DNA of 64,000 nucleotides from Mobula hypostoma (Eukaryota). The stretch lies in assembly GCF_963921235.1 (NCBI RefSeq), contig NC_086097.1:151344001-151408000 (forward strand), in the 5' to 3' direction. Every line of letters begins with the position of its first letter. Within the stretch, counting starts at the first letter, position 1. This document shows positions 37,790-50,431 of the stretch, one piece after another. A program made the translations under genes and the position numbers. The notes under the pieces were generated by a model. That model was given only the letters and a program-made list of their open reading frames with translations, made no database searches and was not told where the DNA came from.

Positions 37790-40370
37790 GAATCAGTATA
37801 TTGGTTTATTTTGTGAAATTTGTTTTTGTAGCAGCAGTATGGAATGACAAATATTATAAGATACAATAAAAAATAGTGCGAGAGGAACAATGAGGGAGTG
37901 TTTTTGAGTTCATGACTATTCAGAAATCTGATGGCAGAATGGAAGAAGTTTTTCTTAAAATGGCTTCAAGTTCCTGTACCACTAGCCTGTTGGATGATGT
38001 GGTACAGGAGCCAAAAACGTGATGAGAAAAGATGTTTTCCATACGGTGAGGGTCTTAATGATGGATGCGGCCTTCTTAAGTCATACTTTCTGCAGATGTC
38101 CTGGATAGTGGGGAGGCTTGTACCTGTGATGAAGCTAACTAACTCTCTGCAGCCTTTAGCAATACTGTGCATTAGAGCCTCCTTGCCAGGGAGTGATGCT
38201 TTCCACTGTATCTAGAGAAATTTTAGTCTTTGACGTACCAAATCTCAGCAAACTCCTGGCGTGCTGCTTTGATAATCATATCAATATGTTGGCCCCAGGA
38301 TATATCCTGAGGTTTTGACACCTAGGAACTTGAAATTGCTCACCCTTTTCACTGCTGTTCCCTCCACGGGGTCTGGTATGTATTATGACTTATCCCTCCT
38401 GAAGTCCATACTTAATTCCTTGGTCTTTCTGATGTTGAGTGCAAAGTTGTTGCGACAGCACTCAACCAGCTGATCTGTCTCACTCCTGTATCATCCTCGT
38501 TGCCATTTGAGATTCTGCCAACAACAGTGATAATTGAGCTTAGACAAGATGAGAGAATGTGGTTGAGAGGAAAGTGACCTGGGCTGATCTTTGGAAAGCC
38601 GAACCACACCGCATCCAATTTCTCATTCAGGCAGTGTCATAGTCATACTTTATTGATCCCAGGGGGAAATTGGTGTACGATGTGCTTCCAAGCCCATCAA
38701 ACCTGCACACATGGGGCAAGGCAGAGTCATCTGCGTGCCCACTGTGCTCCAAGCGAGGACCCTGGAGCACATCCTCAGCGGCTGTGCAAGGGCACTTGGT
38801 GAGGGACGGTATAGGTGGAGGCATGATCAGATCCTGAAGACCATCACTGAAGCCATCAGCACAGGAGTTGAGTGGGCGAAGCGGTCCCGACCCTCCAAGC
38901 AGACCATTGCCTTTGTCAGAGCTGGGGAGCAACCAATTCCTGCCAAAAGAACATCTGCAGGCATTCTGACCTCTGCAAGGGACTGGCAGCTGTTGGTGGA
39001 CCTCGAAGGGCAGCTGAAGTTCCCCAACCATATCACAGCCACCACCCTGTGACCAGACATTGTCCTAGTGTCTGAGTCGACTAAGCAAGTGGTGCTGCTG
39101 GAGCTGGCAGTCCCATGGGAAGATAGCTTGGAAGAGGCCTTTGAAAGGAAGCTCTCCAAGTACACAGGACTGGTCAGCAACTGTCAGCAGGCTGGATGGG
39201 GAGCGAGGTGTCTCCCAGTGAAGGTTGGTTGTAGGGGATTTGTAGCCCATTCTTTAGTTAGAGCCTTCAGCATTTTGGGCATCGAGGGAGAGGGGAAGTG
39301 GAGAGCCATCCGCAGTACCACTGATGCGGCAGAGAGGGCCTCAAGATGGCTGTGGCTCAAAAGAGGGGAGCCATGGAGTCACAAGTAGCTAGTCATCTGG
39401 ACACAAGCTGGGGTCTGATCAGCCCCGGCTGGGTCACCTGGAGGAGGTTGTATGATGTTGAAAGACCCGAAACACCCGATGATTCCAGGAACATCACTGA
39501 AGATGTGTCCAGAAGCATCAATAGATGTATGTATACAGCAGATGGTGTTTGAACTTTACCTAGCCACAGTCATGAGTGTAGAAAGAGTAGGGAATTTGGC
39601 TAAGCATGCTAATGCTAGGAGCTAATGTTATAACTGATCCGCGCTGACTATGACCTCACAGTGAGAAAGTCAGATGTAGTTGCAAAGAGTAGTGCAAAGG
39701 CCCAGAATTTGAAGCTTACTGGATTAGTACTGAAGGGATGATGGTGTTGAGTGCTGAGCTGAAATCAATAAGCAGCCTGACATGGGTGTTGCTGTTATCC
39801 AGGTAGTCAAGGATCTAGTGGAGAGCGATTGAGATTGCTGTTGTGTTGGTAACCAAATTACATTGGCCCAGGTCCTTGCTTAAGCAGGAATTAATTCTAG
39901 CCACAACCAACCTCTCATAGTACTTAACATTTGTGAGTTCCACCAGGCAATTAATTGCCAAGACAGCTCACCTTTCTCTTCTTGGGCACTGGTGTGATTG
40001 ATTCCCATTTGAAGCAGGTGAGAACCTCAGAGTGCAGCAGTGAGAGGTTGAAAATGTCCTTAAACGCTCTACCAGTTGGTCAGTATAGGTTTTCATTAAT
40101 TTGTCAGGTAAGCCATTAGGCCTAATGCCTTGAAGGATGTTCTGACATCAGCTTAGTGAGACAGAGATTACAGGGTTATCTAATACTGTGTATAATCTTA
40201 TTCTTTTCAATGTGTGCATAAAAGAAATTGAGCTCAGGAGAATGGAATATCACAACTATTTATGCTGTTAGTTTTGGGCTTATAGGAATTAATGACATGT
40301 CAACCCTACCACAGCTGTCGTGCATCTGAGTGTGTTTCGAACTTCACCTCAAATTGCTTTTCACTTTCCT
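37790..40370 (-). mobile_element. Degraded Rex1/Babar LINE interrupted by the HERO element
   Basis: Colinear with 9888-11820 on both sides of 38533-39536. Confidence 0.75.
38533..39536 (+). mobile_element. 5'-truncated HERO-clade (R2-group, restriction-like endonuclease) non-LTR retrotransposon
   Basis: Zinc-knuckle region (..LEHILSGC..GRYRWRHDQIL) and PD-(D/E)xK-type nuclease (PDIVLVSESTKQVVLLELAVPWE..ERKLSKY..VGCRGF); short 3' UTR ending 'atagatgtatgtata'. Confidence 0.85.
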
Positions 40371-40514
40371 TGGCCTAATACTGAACGTTACCATATACAG
40401 TATTTATAAGTTGGTATATTCATTTATTATTGTTACATTTGCCAAAGTACATTGGAAAATCTTGCATGCCACCCATACAGATCATTTCAGCTTGGGCAGT
40501 GTTTATTAAAGCAT

Positions 40515-41342
40515 TGTGATGACAAACCAAGTTATCAGAAGATTGATACTGATGAGAGAGATAAGGGAGACAATGGTGAACTGTTCAAAATGTTAATGAG
40601 AGAGATAACGGAAAAGAAACACAATTAAGAGTATTGACAGACTGGTTGCTTTGAACCTGAACTGTTTGAAGTTTGATGGACAGGTGATATCCCGGCAGGG
40701 GGATAAAAAGAACAGGTTCGCTAAGGCACGGGACACCACAAGATCACGACATAACGAGACCCTGGAAGAGCGGTGTGCCCCCACAAGTTGGTGGGAGTTT
40801 GGAGGTCTGGTCGTGGGAACCGACCATAGACGCACAGGGTGAAAGGGTACGATCAGCGGGAACATGGTGTGTGTGTCCGCCCTTGCCTGGGTGCCGGGTT
40901 CACCGCGGAAGAGCGGTTGTATTATGAGCGGAGGGGTCACAGTCGGTGACCACAGAAGACATAACAAAGGGTCCGCCCGAGAGCTAACTGCGAAGAACAT
41001 CAAAGGTCTGCTGAATCAGATTTGAATATCTCTATCTCTCTCTCTCTCTCCAACGGCACAACAGCTATTACTGTGAACTGTACTAAGCTGAACTGAACTC
41101 TGCGTTACTTGAGAGTGATCATTTTACCCCTAGACTGCGATAGAGCTTGATTGATTCCTATTACCCTAGTTCTGTTTACATGTGTGTTTTATCGTTGCTA
41201 ACCTGTTGCATTTATATCCTTATGATTAGAGTACTGTGTTACTTATTTCTTTAATAAAACTTTATTAGTTTCTGTTAAATCAGACTCCAACTAAGTGGTC
41301 CATTTCTGCTGGTTTGGCAACCCAGTTACGGGGTACGTAACA
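40515..41342 (+). mobile_element. Solo LTR (828 bp)
   Basis: TGT...ACA termini with exact TSD GCAT (40511-40514 / 41343-41346); GATAAAAAG near 40703, a (CT)n tract and AATAAA near 41253. Confidence 0.87.
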
Positions 41343-42303
41343 GCATATAAATATTATTAACCACTGATTATTTATATACTTGTTGGCTTGATAGTTATAG
41401 TATCTGATATCTTTGATGTAAAAAAAACTAAGAGGCTCCTGGTTGTTCCAAGTTGGCTTGTGTTGGTTAACCTGAATTTTAGTGGTATAAATACAGCACA
41501 CTAACCAACCTCCCTGAATAAAGGAAAGGATAATAGACGACTCAGATTACAAAAGAATGATTCCTAATATGGAATAATACGTTGGCAATGTGGTTAAGAT
41601 TCATGTGGGTTCAAGAGACACAGTTGTTAGCCATATAATTTGTTTAAACTGCCTGTACAGCATATAGTGACTCTGAGACAGGGAAGCTGGAGCCAGACAT
41701 GGTTCGGAGAAACCAGCCATAAGGATTACTGAGAGAGGCTATAGAAAAATCAACAATAGTTGCAGAAAAGCAAAACACATAGGACAGTTGCTAGATGGGC
41801 AGGTAATTATCACAGGTAATGACACAGTAGTAATGCTAAGCCATCATTTCACTTCAGTATTTACTAGAGGATGCAACAAGTGGATGTGACATTTGATGAA
41901 TAGAAATCCCATTTATCTAAAATGGGAAAAGGGGATACATTAAATAAATAAATCAAACTTGAAAAGTAAAAGCTCCGATTCAGATGAATTACATCCATGC
42001 AGAGACACTGCTGCTCATGCCTAGTAATTTGTTAGGTGTAGGTCTCAGAAGACCAGTGAGTAGTTTACTTTTTTTTAATATTGAAAATGAAGGTAAAAAC
42101 ATGTCCTCAGAACTACAGACCATTTATAGATTGCAGCATTGGTAATGGAAAACAGTAATAGAATACCAAAGGAAGGAGAGAGTAGAAGAATAGATGATCT
42201 AGAGACCAACAGATATAATAATGCATTGTTATTATGAGCTTAAAGGGTTATTTGAGTGATGTTTCTGTAACTACTTCCAAAAAATACCAACTGTGGACAG
42301 TGG

Positions 42304-42352
42304 CAAAGCAATACCTGCAGGAAAGTCAAAGCAATACCTGCAGGAAAGTCAA
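42304..42352. repeat. Perfect 23-bp tandem duplication
   Basis: CAAAGCAATACCTGCAGGAAAGT occurs twice, followed by CAA. Confidence 0.9.
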
Positions 42353-43264
42353 CAAATCATTCACCACAGAAACAGGCCTTATTGCTCATCCATGCTGATG
42401 ATCAGGTGCTAATCCTATATTCCAGCACTTGGTCCACGGTTTATTATGGTTTGGCAACTCAGGTACTGCTCCAGATGCCTCTTAAATGTTGCAAATGTGC
42501 CTGCTTGTCTCCATCACATTTTCTAACAGACCTCAAATATCCTCTGAGTGGATAGAAAATCAGAATTTCTCTCTAATCCTCCCACTTAAATTTGTGCCTC
42601 AGAAGGCTAGTGAATAGTCTTGAACTCCTCTGCCATAGAGAGATAGTTATTAGTATCTACTTTTCTATATTCCTTATAATTTTTGTACCTCATGTTATCC
42701 ATCGGCCTTAACTACTACTTGTAAACAAAGCAAGTATATCCTGTCTCCTCATAATTAAAATGCTTAATCCTGTGAATCTCCTCTTCATTCCCTCCAGTGT
42801 GATAACACTTTATAGTGTGATGATCAAAAAAGATGCTAAGGAAACTTACGAGGATGGTACCAGAAATATGATTGCATGTACATCAGTAAAGGATGAACAT
42901 ACTGGGATACCTTCTGCGAAAAGGCAACATCATGGCTGAGCAGCAATCTTTAAAATGATAAAGTTTAGATGGCATAGAAATAATGTTTCAACATGCAGGG
43001 AAGAGCACAACCATTAATAAGACAGTTACCAGGTAATCCCAACAGGAAACCAAACATATCTCCTCCTTTTCCCCTCCCCACTTTGAAATTACCTTTCAAT
43101 ACTTCTTTATCTCTTTGCCTCTTTTTCTGTCCCAACTGACCAATCCATTTTGTCAATTTCCTAGGCACCTGCAAGAAATGTTGAACCTGTTGTTTTTACA
43201 TTTTCTCTTCCATTCAACAATCCAAACATTCCTCCATGTGAAGTAGCGATTCACTTGGATGTCT

Positions 43265-44222
43265 TCAGAATCAGGTTTATTATCACCGGCATGTGTTCTG
43301 AAATTTTTATATTGGCGGCAGCAGTTCAATGCAATATATAGAAGAAAAAAATCAATTACAGAATACATATATTGAATAGATTAAAAATCGTGCGAAAACA
43401 AAAAAAAATAATATATTTTTAAAAAGTGAGTTGGTGTTCAAGAGTTCAATGTCCATTTAGGAATCGGATCGCAGAGGGGAAGAAGCTGTTCCTGAATCAC
43501 TGGGTATGTGCCTTCAGGCTTCTGTACCTCCTACTTGATGGTAACGGTGAGAAAAGGACATGCCCTGGGTGCTGGAAGTCCTTAATAATGGATGCTGCCT
43601 TTCTGAGACACCACTCCTTGCCTTGAAGATGTCCTGGGTACTTTGTAGGCTAGTACCCAAATGGAGCCAACTAAATTTACAACCCTCTGCAGCTTCTTTC
43701 GGTCCTGTGCAGTGCCCTCCCCCCCCCCCCCCCCATACCAGACAGTGATGCAGCCTGTCAGAATGCTGTCCATGGTACATCTATAGAAGTTTTTGAGAGT
43801 ATTTTTTGACATACCAAATCTCTTCAAACTCCTAATCAAGCATGGTCGCTGTCTTGCCACCTTTATAACTGCATCGATATGTTGGGACCAGGTTAGATCC
43901 TCAGAGATCTTGGCATCCAGGAACTTGAAACTGATTCCTCTCTCCACTTCTGATCACTCTGTGAGGATTGGTATGTGTTCCTTCGTCTTGCCCTTCCTGA
44001 AGCAACAATCAGCTCTTTCGCCCTACTGGCATTGTGCCAGGTTGTTGCTGTGATATCACTCCACAATTGGCATATCTCGCTCCTGTACAACTCTCGTCAC
44101 CATCTGAGATTCTACCAATAATGGTTGTATCGTCAGTAAATTTATAGATAGTATTTGAGCTATGCCTAACCACATAGTCATGGTACAGAGAGAGTAGAGC
44201 AGTGGGCTAGGCACAAACCCCT
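43265..44222 (-). mobile_element. 5'-truncated Rex1/Babar LINE
   Basis: ORF 43582-43947(-) 'FKFLDAKISEDLTWSQHID..NFYRCTMDSILTGCITVWYG'; same family as 9888-11820. Confidence 0.88.
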
Positions 44223-44236
44223 ACCAATTTAGTGTA

Positions 44237-45811
44237 CAGGTTTCCCCCGCCATCAGAAGGTAGAGTGTTCCTATGAAGCGGTTTGTAAGCCGAAATGTCG
44301 TAAACCGAAGAAGCGATTACCATTTATTTATACGGGAAAATTTTGTGAGCGTTTGCAGACTCAAAAATAACCTATCAAATCATGCCAAGTAACACATAAA
44401 ACCTAAAATAGCAGTAACTTATAGTAAAAGCAGGAACAATATGATAAATACACAGCCTATATAAAGTAGAAATACTTTTCCACAATCATTGCCGGCACAG
44501 ATCTCTGTAGGGAAAATCTCACACAAGCGCCTTCGGCAGAAAATCTCACACAAGCGCTGTTGGCAAAAACACGGGGCAAGCACTCTCCAGTAATCTTTAA
44601 ACTATGAAGCTTTCAAATCATACCAAATAACACGTAAAAATACACGGCCGATATAAAGTAGAAATAATGTATGTACTGTGTAATATCACTTACCGGAATT
44701 GGTTCAGCGCCAAGCGCACTGATGATGGTGTGTTAGGCTGAGTGGGAGTTTGGGTGGTGCAGTGTCCCCCACCCTCCAGGCCACCAACTGATACATTGCC
44801 GTGAAGCACGCAGGGGTCCAGCGGTAGCTGGGACGCACCCAGCACATCTTTAAGAAAAAAGCCGAAATAAACATGCTAATTAATTACGTGCTGCCCGACA
44901 CGTAACTGTCAACCCAGATCAGTGCCGATTGCCAATTGCATCACCTCTCATCTGGGCCGACAATTATGTGTGGGGCGGCACCTAATTAATTAGCATGTTT
45001 ATTTCGGCTTTTTTCTTAAAAGATGTGCTGTGTGCCTCCCGGCTACTGCTGCTTTCTCCGCGAATCGGTACAGTATCTGTCCGGGCCCGGGTGTTGGGGT
45101 GGTGGGACACGGGGGTGTCAAGTCATCGTTGATCAGGGCAGGCAGCTCATCTTCTCCTATGACTGCCCCGCCTCGATATCGAAAATCGAGGTTCGTCGTC
45201 TGTTGTGGCTGATGTGGAAGGCTTGCTTGACTGCTGAGCTTCGCGCATTTTTCTATCACACAGTTCTTTGTAAGGACTCAAAGAATCTTGCAAATATCCC
45301 CTAAACCTACGTACCCTTTCAAAATTAAAGTCATACTTTTTCATTACTCATTCGGTTTCGATTGTTATCCTTTCTTCTTCTGATTGCATCGGCTCTTCAT
45401 CTATCAGTTCTTGGTCACGGGATGCCAAAACCTCTTCAACATCATCTTCGTCAACTTCCACAAGCCAAACTCACTTTGTCCTTACTTCGTTCACCACGAT
45501 CAAAATGCTTAATTATGTCTAGTTTTATGCTAAGTGTAGCACCCTCATGAGTTCTTTTAGGCTTTTCCGACACCATAGAACTCATCTTGCAAACGACTGC
45601 TCACAGGCTCGTGTTAAAGCAATGCTGGCGAGAATGCCGTTCCGAATCCGGGGAGAACGGCTGCTCGGGGTGCGCGCTGCTTTTTATCGCGTGCTGAACT
45701 ATTTTCATAACAGTGAAAACACCTTTTGAAACCAAAAACAGGGTACTAATGTAGGTCTTTCGTAACAGTGAGGTTTTGTAAAGCAAACGTTCAAAAAGCG
45801 GGGGACACCTG
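44237..45811 (-). mobile_element. Second copy of the palindrome-bearing Tigger-type element
   Basis: TA|CAGGTTTCCCCC and GGGGGACACCTG|TA; reverse-complement homolog of 30647-32278. Confidence 0.88.
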
Positions 45812-45929
45812 TACCATTGTTCGGTGTGATTCAGGAAACTTGAATACCTTGTACTCTGCTCACTCCTCCAGGTCATTTAGAATAAATTGTAAACATCTGA
45901 GAGCCAAGAACTTGATGTGTAATTATGTC

Positions 45930-46742
45930 TGTGTAATACCTTGGTTAAATTTTTACTGCTATGCTCTAGGTATTTCATTTCAGCAGTTCTGTAAGAGCAG
46001 TCTGTTCTGCTTCTAGCATGTTTGGGTTTGAGCTAAAGATAAGGAGCTATGCTGTTCAGCTTAGGAATGTTAGATCAGCCAATCAGGATGGTGGAATTGG
46101 GGTAGGTTCTAGAGAATCCTGGGTGGAGTGGATTTTGTGATGGACACTGGTGTGGGTCGAGGTATTTTTGGTGAGAGCCTGGCGAAGGCGAGTCAAGATG
46201 GCTGAGGATGTTGTCCCTGTTGCACAAGGTGCTTTGTGCAGATAAATGGTCCTTACTCCGTGAAGCCAGTACTCCTGTGGGGAAGCCCATTTGTTTATGA
46301 TGGATTTTGAGCGACATTCAGAAGGTGGTGTTCAGACCATGGGTCCAGCATGCGAGTTAAAGATGAGCTGCAATCTTATTTGCACATTTGGACTGAGTTA
46401 ACTGTAATGGTCTGGTTTTTTTTCTGTTTCCTACTAACTGTTAGATAAAGCTGAAATTTGTAACTATACTTCCTTAATAATTGTATGCCATGTACGATTT
46501 TTTATTTCTTGCCGACGGCTAATTGCATGGGGTCAATATTTACATAGTATTTTCACAGAATTGGTTTCAGGTGGTTGAGACATTACAACTTCCCAGTTTT
46601 GGTGGAACCAAAGTCATACTGACCCTAAACGTACAAAGTTTTTCTCACGTACAGCAATTTTGTCATCACTGAGTCCAGTGGCTGTTAGCCAGAGACTAAT
46701 GAGCTGCGTTTCTAAAGACACCTGGTAAAAAGGGGTTTCACA
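45930..46742 (+). mobile_element. Possible solo LTR
   Basis: Begins TGTGTAATACC and ends GGGGTTTCACA; CCAAT box near 46079. Flanks TGTC / TGTT match only 3 of 4, so the boundaries are uncertain. Confidence 0.4.
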
Positions 46743-46889
46743 TGTTTTGTCTTTGCCACTTGCGTCTAATTCATGATCCCAATTCTGCAACAGTTGACTT
46801 GCTACTGCCAATTAAATGGAGCATAGAGCAGTGCAGTTCAGGAAAATGCTGTTTTTCTGTGCAAGCCATGATGCCATTTTAAAATAATC

Positions 46890-48030
46890 CTAACTATGTC
46901 ATACCACTCTTCAAGAATGAAGCAGGCAGAAGAAAGGAAACTATAGGCCAGTTAGTCTGACCTGTGTGGTTGGGAAGATGTTGGAGTCAATTATTAAGGA
47001 TGAGGTTTCTAGGTTCTTGCAGGCACATGATAAGATAGGCTGTAGTTAGCATGGTTTCTGTAAGGAAAGATCTTGCCTGCCAAAGCTGTTGGAACTCTTT
47101 GAAGAAATAACAAGCAGGATAGACAAAGGAGAATCAGTTGATGGAGCTTACTTGGATTTTCAGAAGACGTTTGACAAGGTGCCACACAAGGCTGCTTAAC
47201 AAGCTACGAGTCCATGGTATTACAGGAAAGATTTTTGCGTGGATAAAGCAGTGGCTGATGGGCAGGAGGCAAAGCGTGGGAATAAAGGGAGCCTTTTCTG
47301 GTTGGCTGCCCATGACTAGTGGGATTCCAAGGGTGTCTGTGTTTGGACCGATTCTCTTTGCGTTATGATTTGGATGATGGAATTGATGGCTTTGTTGCAA
47401 AGTTTGCAAGCAATATGAAGAAAGGTGGAGGGACAGGTAGATTTAAGACAGTGGAACGGCAAGAGGAGGTCTTAGTCAGATTAGGAGAATGGGGGCGGGG
47501 GGGCGGAAATGGCAGGTGGAACACAGTGTTGGGAAATGTATGGCCATGCACTTTGGTAGGAGAAATGAAAGGATTGACTGCTTTCTAACTGGAAAGAAAA
47601 TATTTTTAAAAAACGAGACACGGGAAACTTGGGAGTCCTTGTGCAGGATTCCCTGAAGATTAATTTGCAGGTTAAATCTTTGGTAACAAAGGCAAATGTG
47701 ATGTTAGCATTTCGAGAGGACTAGAATATAAAAGCAATGATGTAAAGTTGAGACTTTGTAAAGCACTGGTGAGACCTTACTTGGAAGTATTGCAAGTCGT
47801 TTTGGAGCCTTTATCTCAGAAAGGATGTGATAAGACTGGAGAGGGTTCAAAGGAGGGTCAGTAAAATGATTCCAGGATTGAATGGCTTGTTATATGAAAA
47901 GCATTCAATGGCTCTTGGCCTGAATTCACTAGATTTCAGAAGAATGAGCAGTTATCTCATTGAAACTTGTCCAGTAGTGAAAGGACTTGATTGAGTGGAT
48001 GTGGAGAGGATATTTCCTATGGTGGGAGAG
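46890..48030 (+). mobile_element. Degraded CR1 LINE (RT region)
   Basis: NYRPVSLT, 'ttggattttcagaagacgtttgacaaggtgccacac' and downstream CR1 ORF2 sequence. Confidence 0.82.
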
Positions 48031-48181
48031 TCTTTGGACTGTGGAAGGAAACCAGAGCACCCAGAGGAAACCACGCAGTCATAGGGAAAGCGTACACGAT
48101 CTTTACAGGCAGCTGCGAGAATTGAACCCGGGTCACTGGAACTGTAAAACATTGTGCTAACCACTATGTTATCCTGTTGCC
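48031..48181 (-). mobile_element. tRNA-derived V-SINE-like element (partial)
   Basis: Minus-strand GGTTCAATTC B-box and V-domain 'gtggtttcctctgggtgctctggtttccttccacagtccaaaga'. Confidence 0.72.
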
Positions 48182-48348
48182 TTGAAGCACAATTTATTTA
48201 TTTCATAAGGTTGCTAACTTTCTCGTGCAATTAGACTTGCATTTTGTGTATATTCTAGTAAACCTGTTTCTTGAGAGGGTCATATTAAAATGAAGTAATG
48301 TTCTGTGCTCCCTTCTATTCTCATGAATTTGACACATTCATTTGCATT

Positions 48349-48628
48349 GCCACTGTGGTAGCATAGTAGTTAGCATGATGCTGTTAAGCTTGCGGTGTTG
48401 CAGAGTTCAGAGTTAAATTCTGGTGCTGTTCTGTAAAGAGTCTCTGTATGTCCTTTCTGTGGAATGTGTGGTTTTTCTCTGGTTTCCTCCCACAGTCCAA
48501 AGACTACTGAGTAGATTAATTGGTCATTGTAAATGGTCCCGTGATTCGGTTAGGGATAATCAGGTTTGTCGGGTTGCTGGGGTGGTGTGGCTCGAAAGGC
48601 CTACTCTGCACTGTATCACTAAGTAAAT
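48349..48628 (+). mobile_element. tRNA-derived V-SINE-like element
   Basis: 'tggtagcatagtagttagc' A-box-like head, V-domain 'ggtttcctcccacagtccaaagac' and a LINE-like tail. Confidence 0.72.
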
Positions 48629-49319
48629 ATATTTGGTTGTAATTCACTCGTCTTAAAGAACTCTTGTTTCTGTAAGTGAAATTTAAGTTTTGGTTTAGCA
48701 CCCATCTCGAAAATGTTTTTTGCTTCAAGGTGCTTCAAGGAAAATCAGCTTATTATATCGAATATAGAACAGTACTAGCTCATCAGTTTACAATGTTATG
48801 TCGACCTTTTTAACCTACTCCAAGGTTAATCTTAATGCTTCCCTCCCACATAGCTCTCCATTTTTCTTCATCCTAATCAAAGGCCATATAAGGGTCTATT
48901 AAATGTCCCTTGAGTATCTGCCTCTACCACCATCCTTGGCAGTGTGTGCACCAAACATCCATCAAAGATTCAAGGTACATTTATTATAGGAATATGCATA
49001 CAATGTACAACCCTGTATTTCCGCAGGTAGCCACGAAACAAAGAAACACCATGGAACCTGTTCAAAGAAAACACCAAACACCAAATGCGCAAATGGCAAG
49101 AAGTGAGCGAATAACTCAAAATTTTAAACAACAAACTGCGGAGTTCTTGAAATAGTTCAAGAGTATTCTCTATTCTTAACCATTCTGAATTCCTGGAGAT
49201 AGCAAAAGTACCAGATCTCTCAGTTGGTCCAAAATCACATTACCAAAATGTAAACTACAGGTTCTAACTGCACACAAATTAGTAGAAGTATATTTAAAAG
49301 AAGAAAAAGTAGTAGTTTT

Positions 49320-49945
49320 GTGAACGCTTGCATGACATCTCTAGTCGCTGGAGCCATCTCTGTGTGGGGGTGGGGGGAGCTACCTCTGAAATTCCTCTCC
49401 TGTACATTCCTCCAAACATATTAAAATCGAGTCTTCTCGTATAAGCTATTTCTGTCCTGGGGGGTTGGGGGGGTGGAGGGTGCTGGCTGTCCACTTTATT
49501 AATGCCTCTTGTCTTATACACCTGTCAAGTCACTTCGCATCCTTCGCTCAAGGAGAAAAGCCCCAGCTTGTTCAACCTTCCCTCATAAGACATGCTCTTC
49601 AATCAAAGCAGCATCCTGATAAATCTTGTCTGTATTCTCTAAGATTATACATCCTTGCTATAATGAGTGAATAGAACTGAACACAATACTCAAGTGTAGA
49701 CTAAACACAGTTTTATAGAGCTGCAAAACCTCGCAGCTCTTGAACGCAATCCCCCGTCTAATGAATGCCAACACGTCATATCCACCTTATCTACCTTGTT
49801 AATTTGCATGGCAGTTTTAAGGGTTCCATAGATATGGATCCTAAGATCCCCATCCTGCACCCTGCTAAGAATCCTGCCATTAACCCGTATTCTTCCTCCA
49901 TGTTTAATCTTCTAAAGTATATCACTTCACATTTTGGGATTGAAT
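49320..49945 (-). mobile_element. Degraded CR1 fragment
   Basis: Reverse-complement homology to the 3' part of the CR1 at 6930-7560. Confidence 0.65.
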
Positions 49946-50431
49946 TCTGCTGTCTCAGCATAAAATTCTCCCTTAATTATATGCAATAAAATCAAAATAA
50001 TCCTGCTTACTTTATCAAAATAAAGTGGATATTATACTACTTTCCTGACCAGTCATATGAAGTTTCTTTCTTTAATGCTCAGATATTACATGGGCTGCTC
50101 TTAATTTACTTAATGTCTGCTCTCAATAACTTGAATGGAACAAATGTTGTGATTGCAAAGGTAATAATATTCAATGTATTACAATTTTAAGCTACATACT
50201 ATGAAGGCATAAAATTGAGATCAATGTTGCCAGAACATTATAAAAAGTACATTTGTCTTCGGGCAATGCTTACCAGGCTTTGCTGTGGAGTTCTGTATTA
50301 CTTGCTATCAATGTTTGTAGTCAAATGGCTGTGTATGTCTCCATGGAAGAACATCTGTTGACTCTCCCTTCACCCTCCCCACCCCCCCCCAACTGCTATT
50401 CTAAACTTTTATCCATTTGTTAACTTTATTC

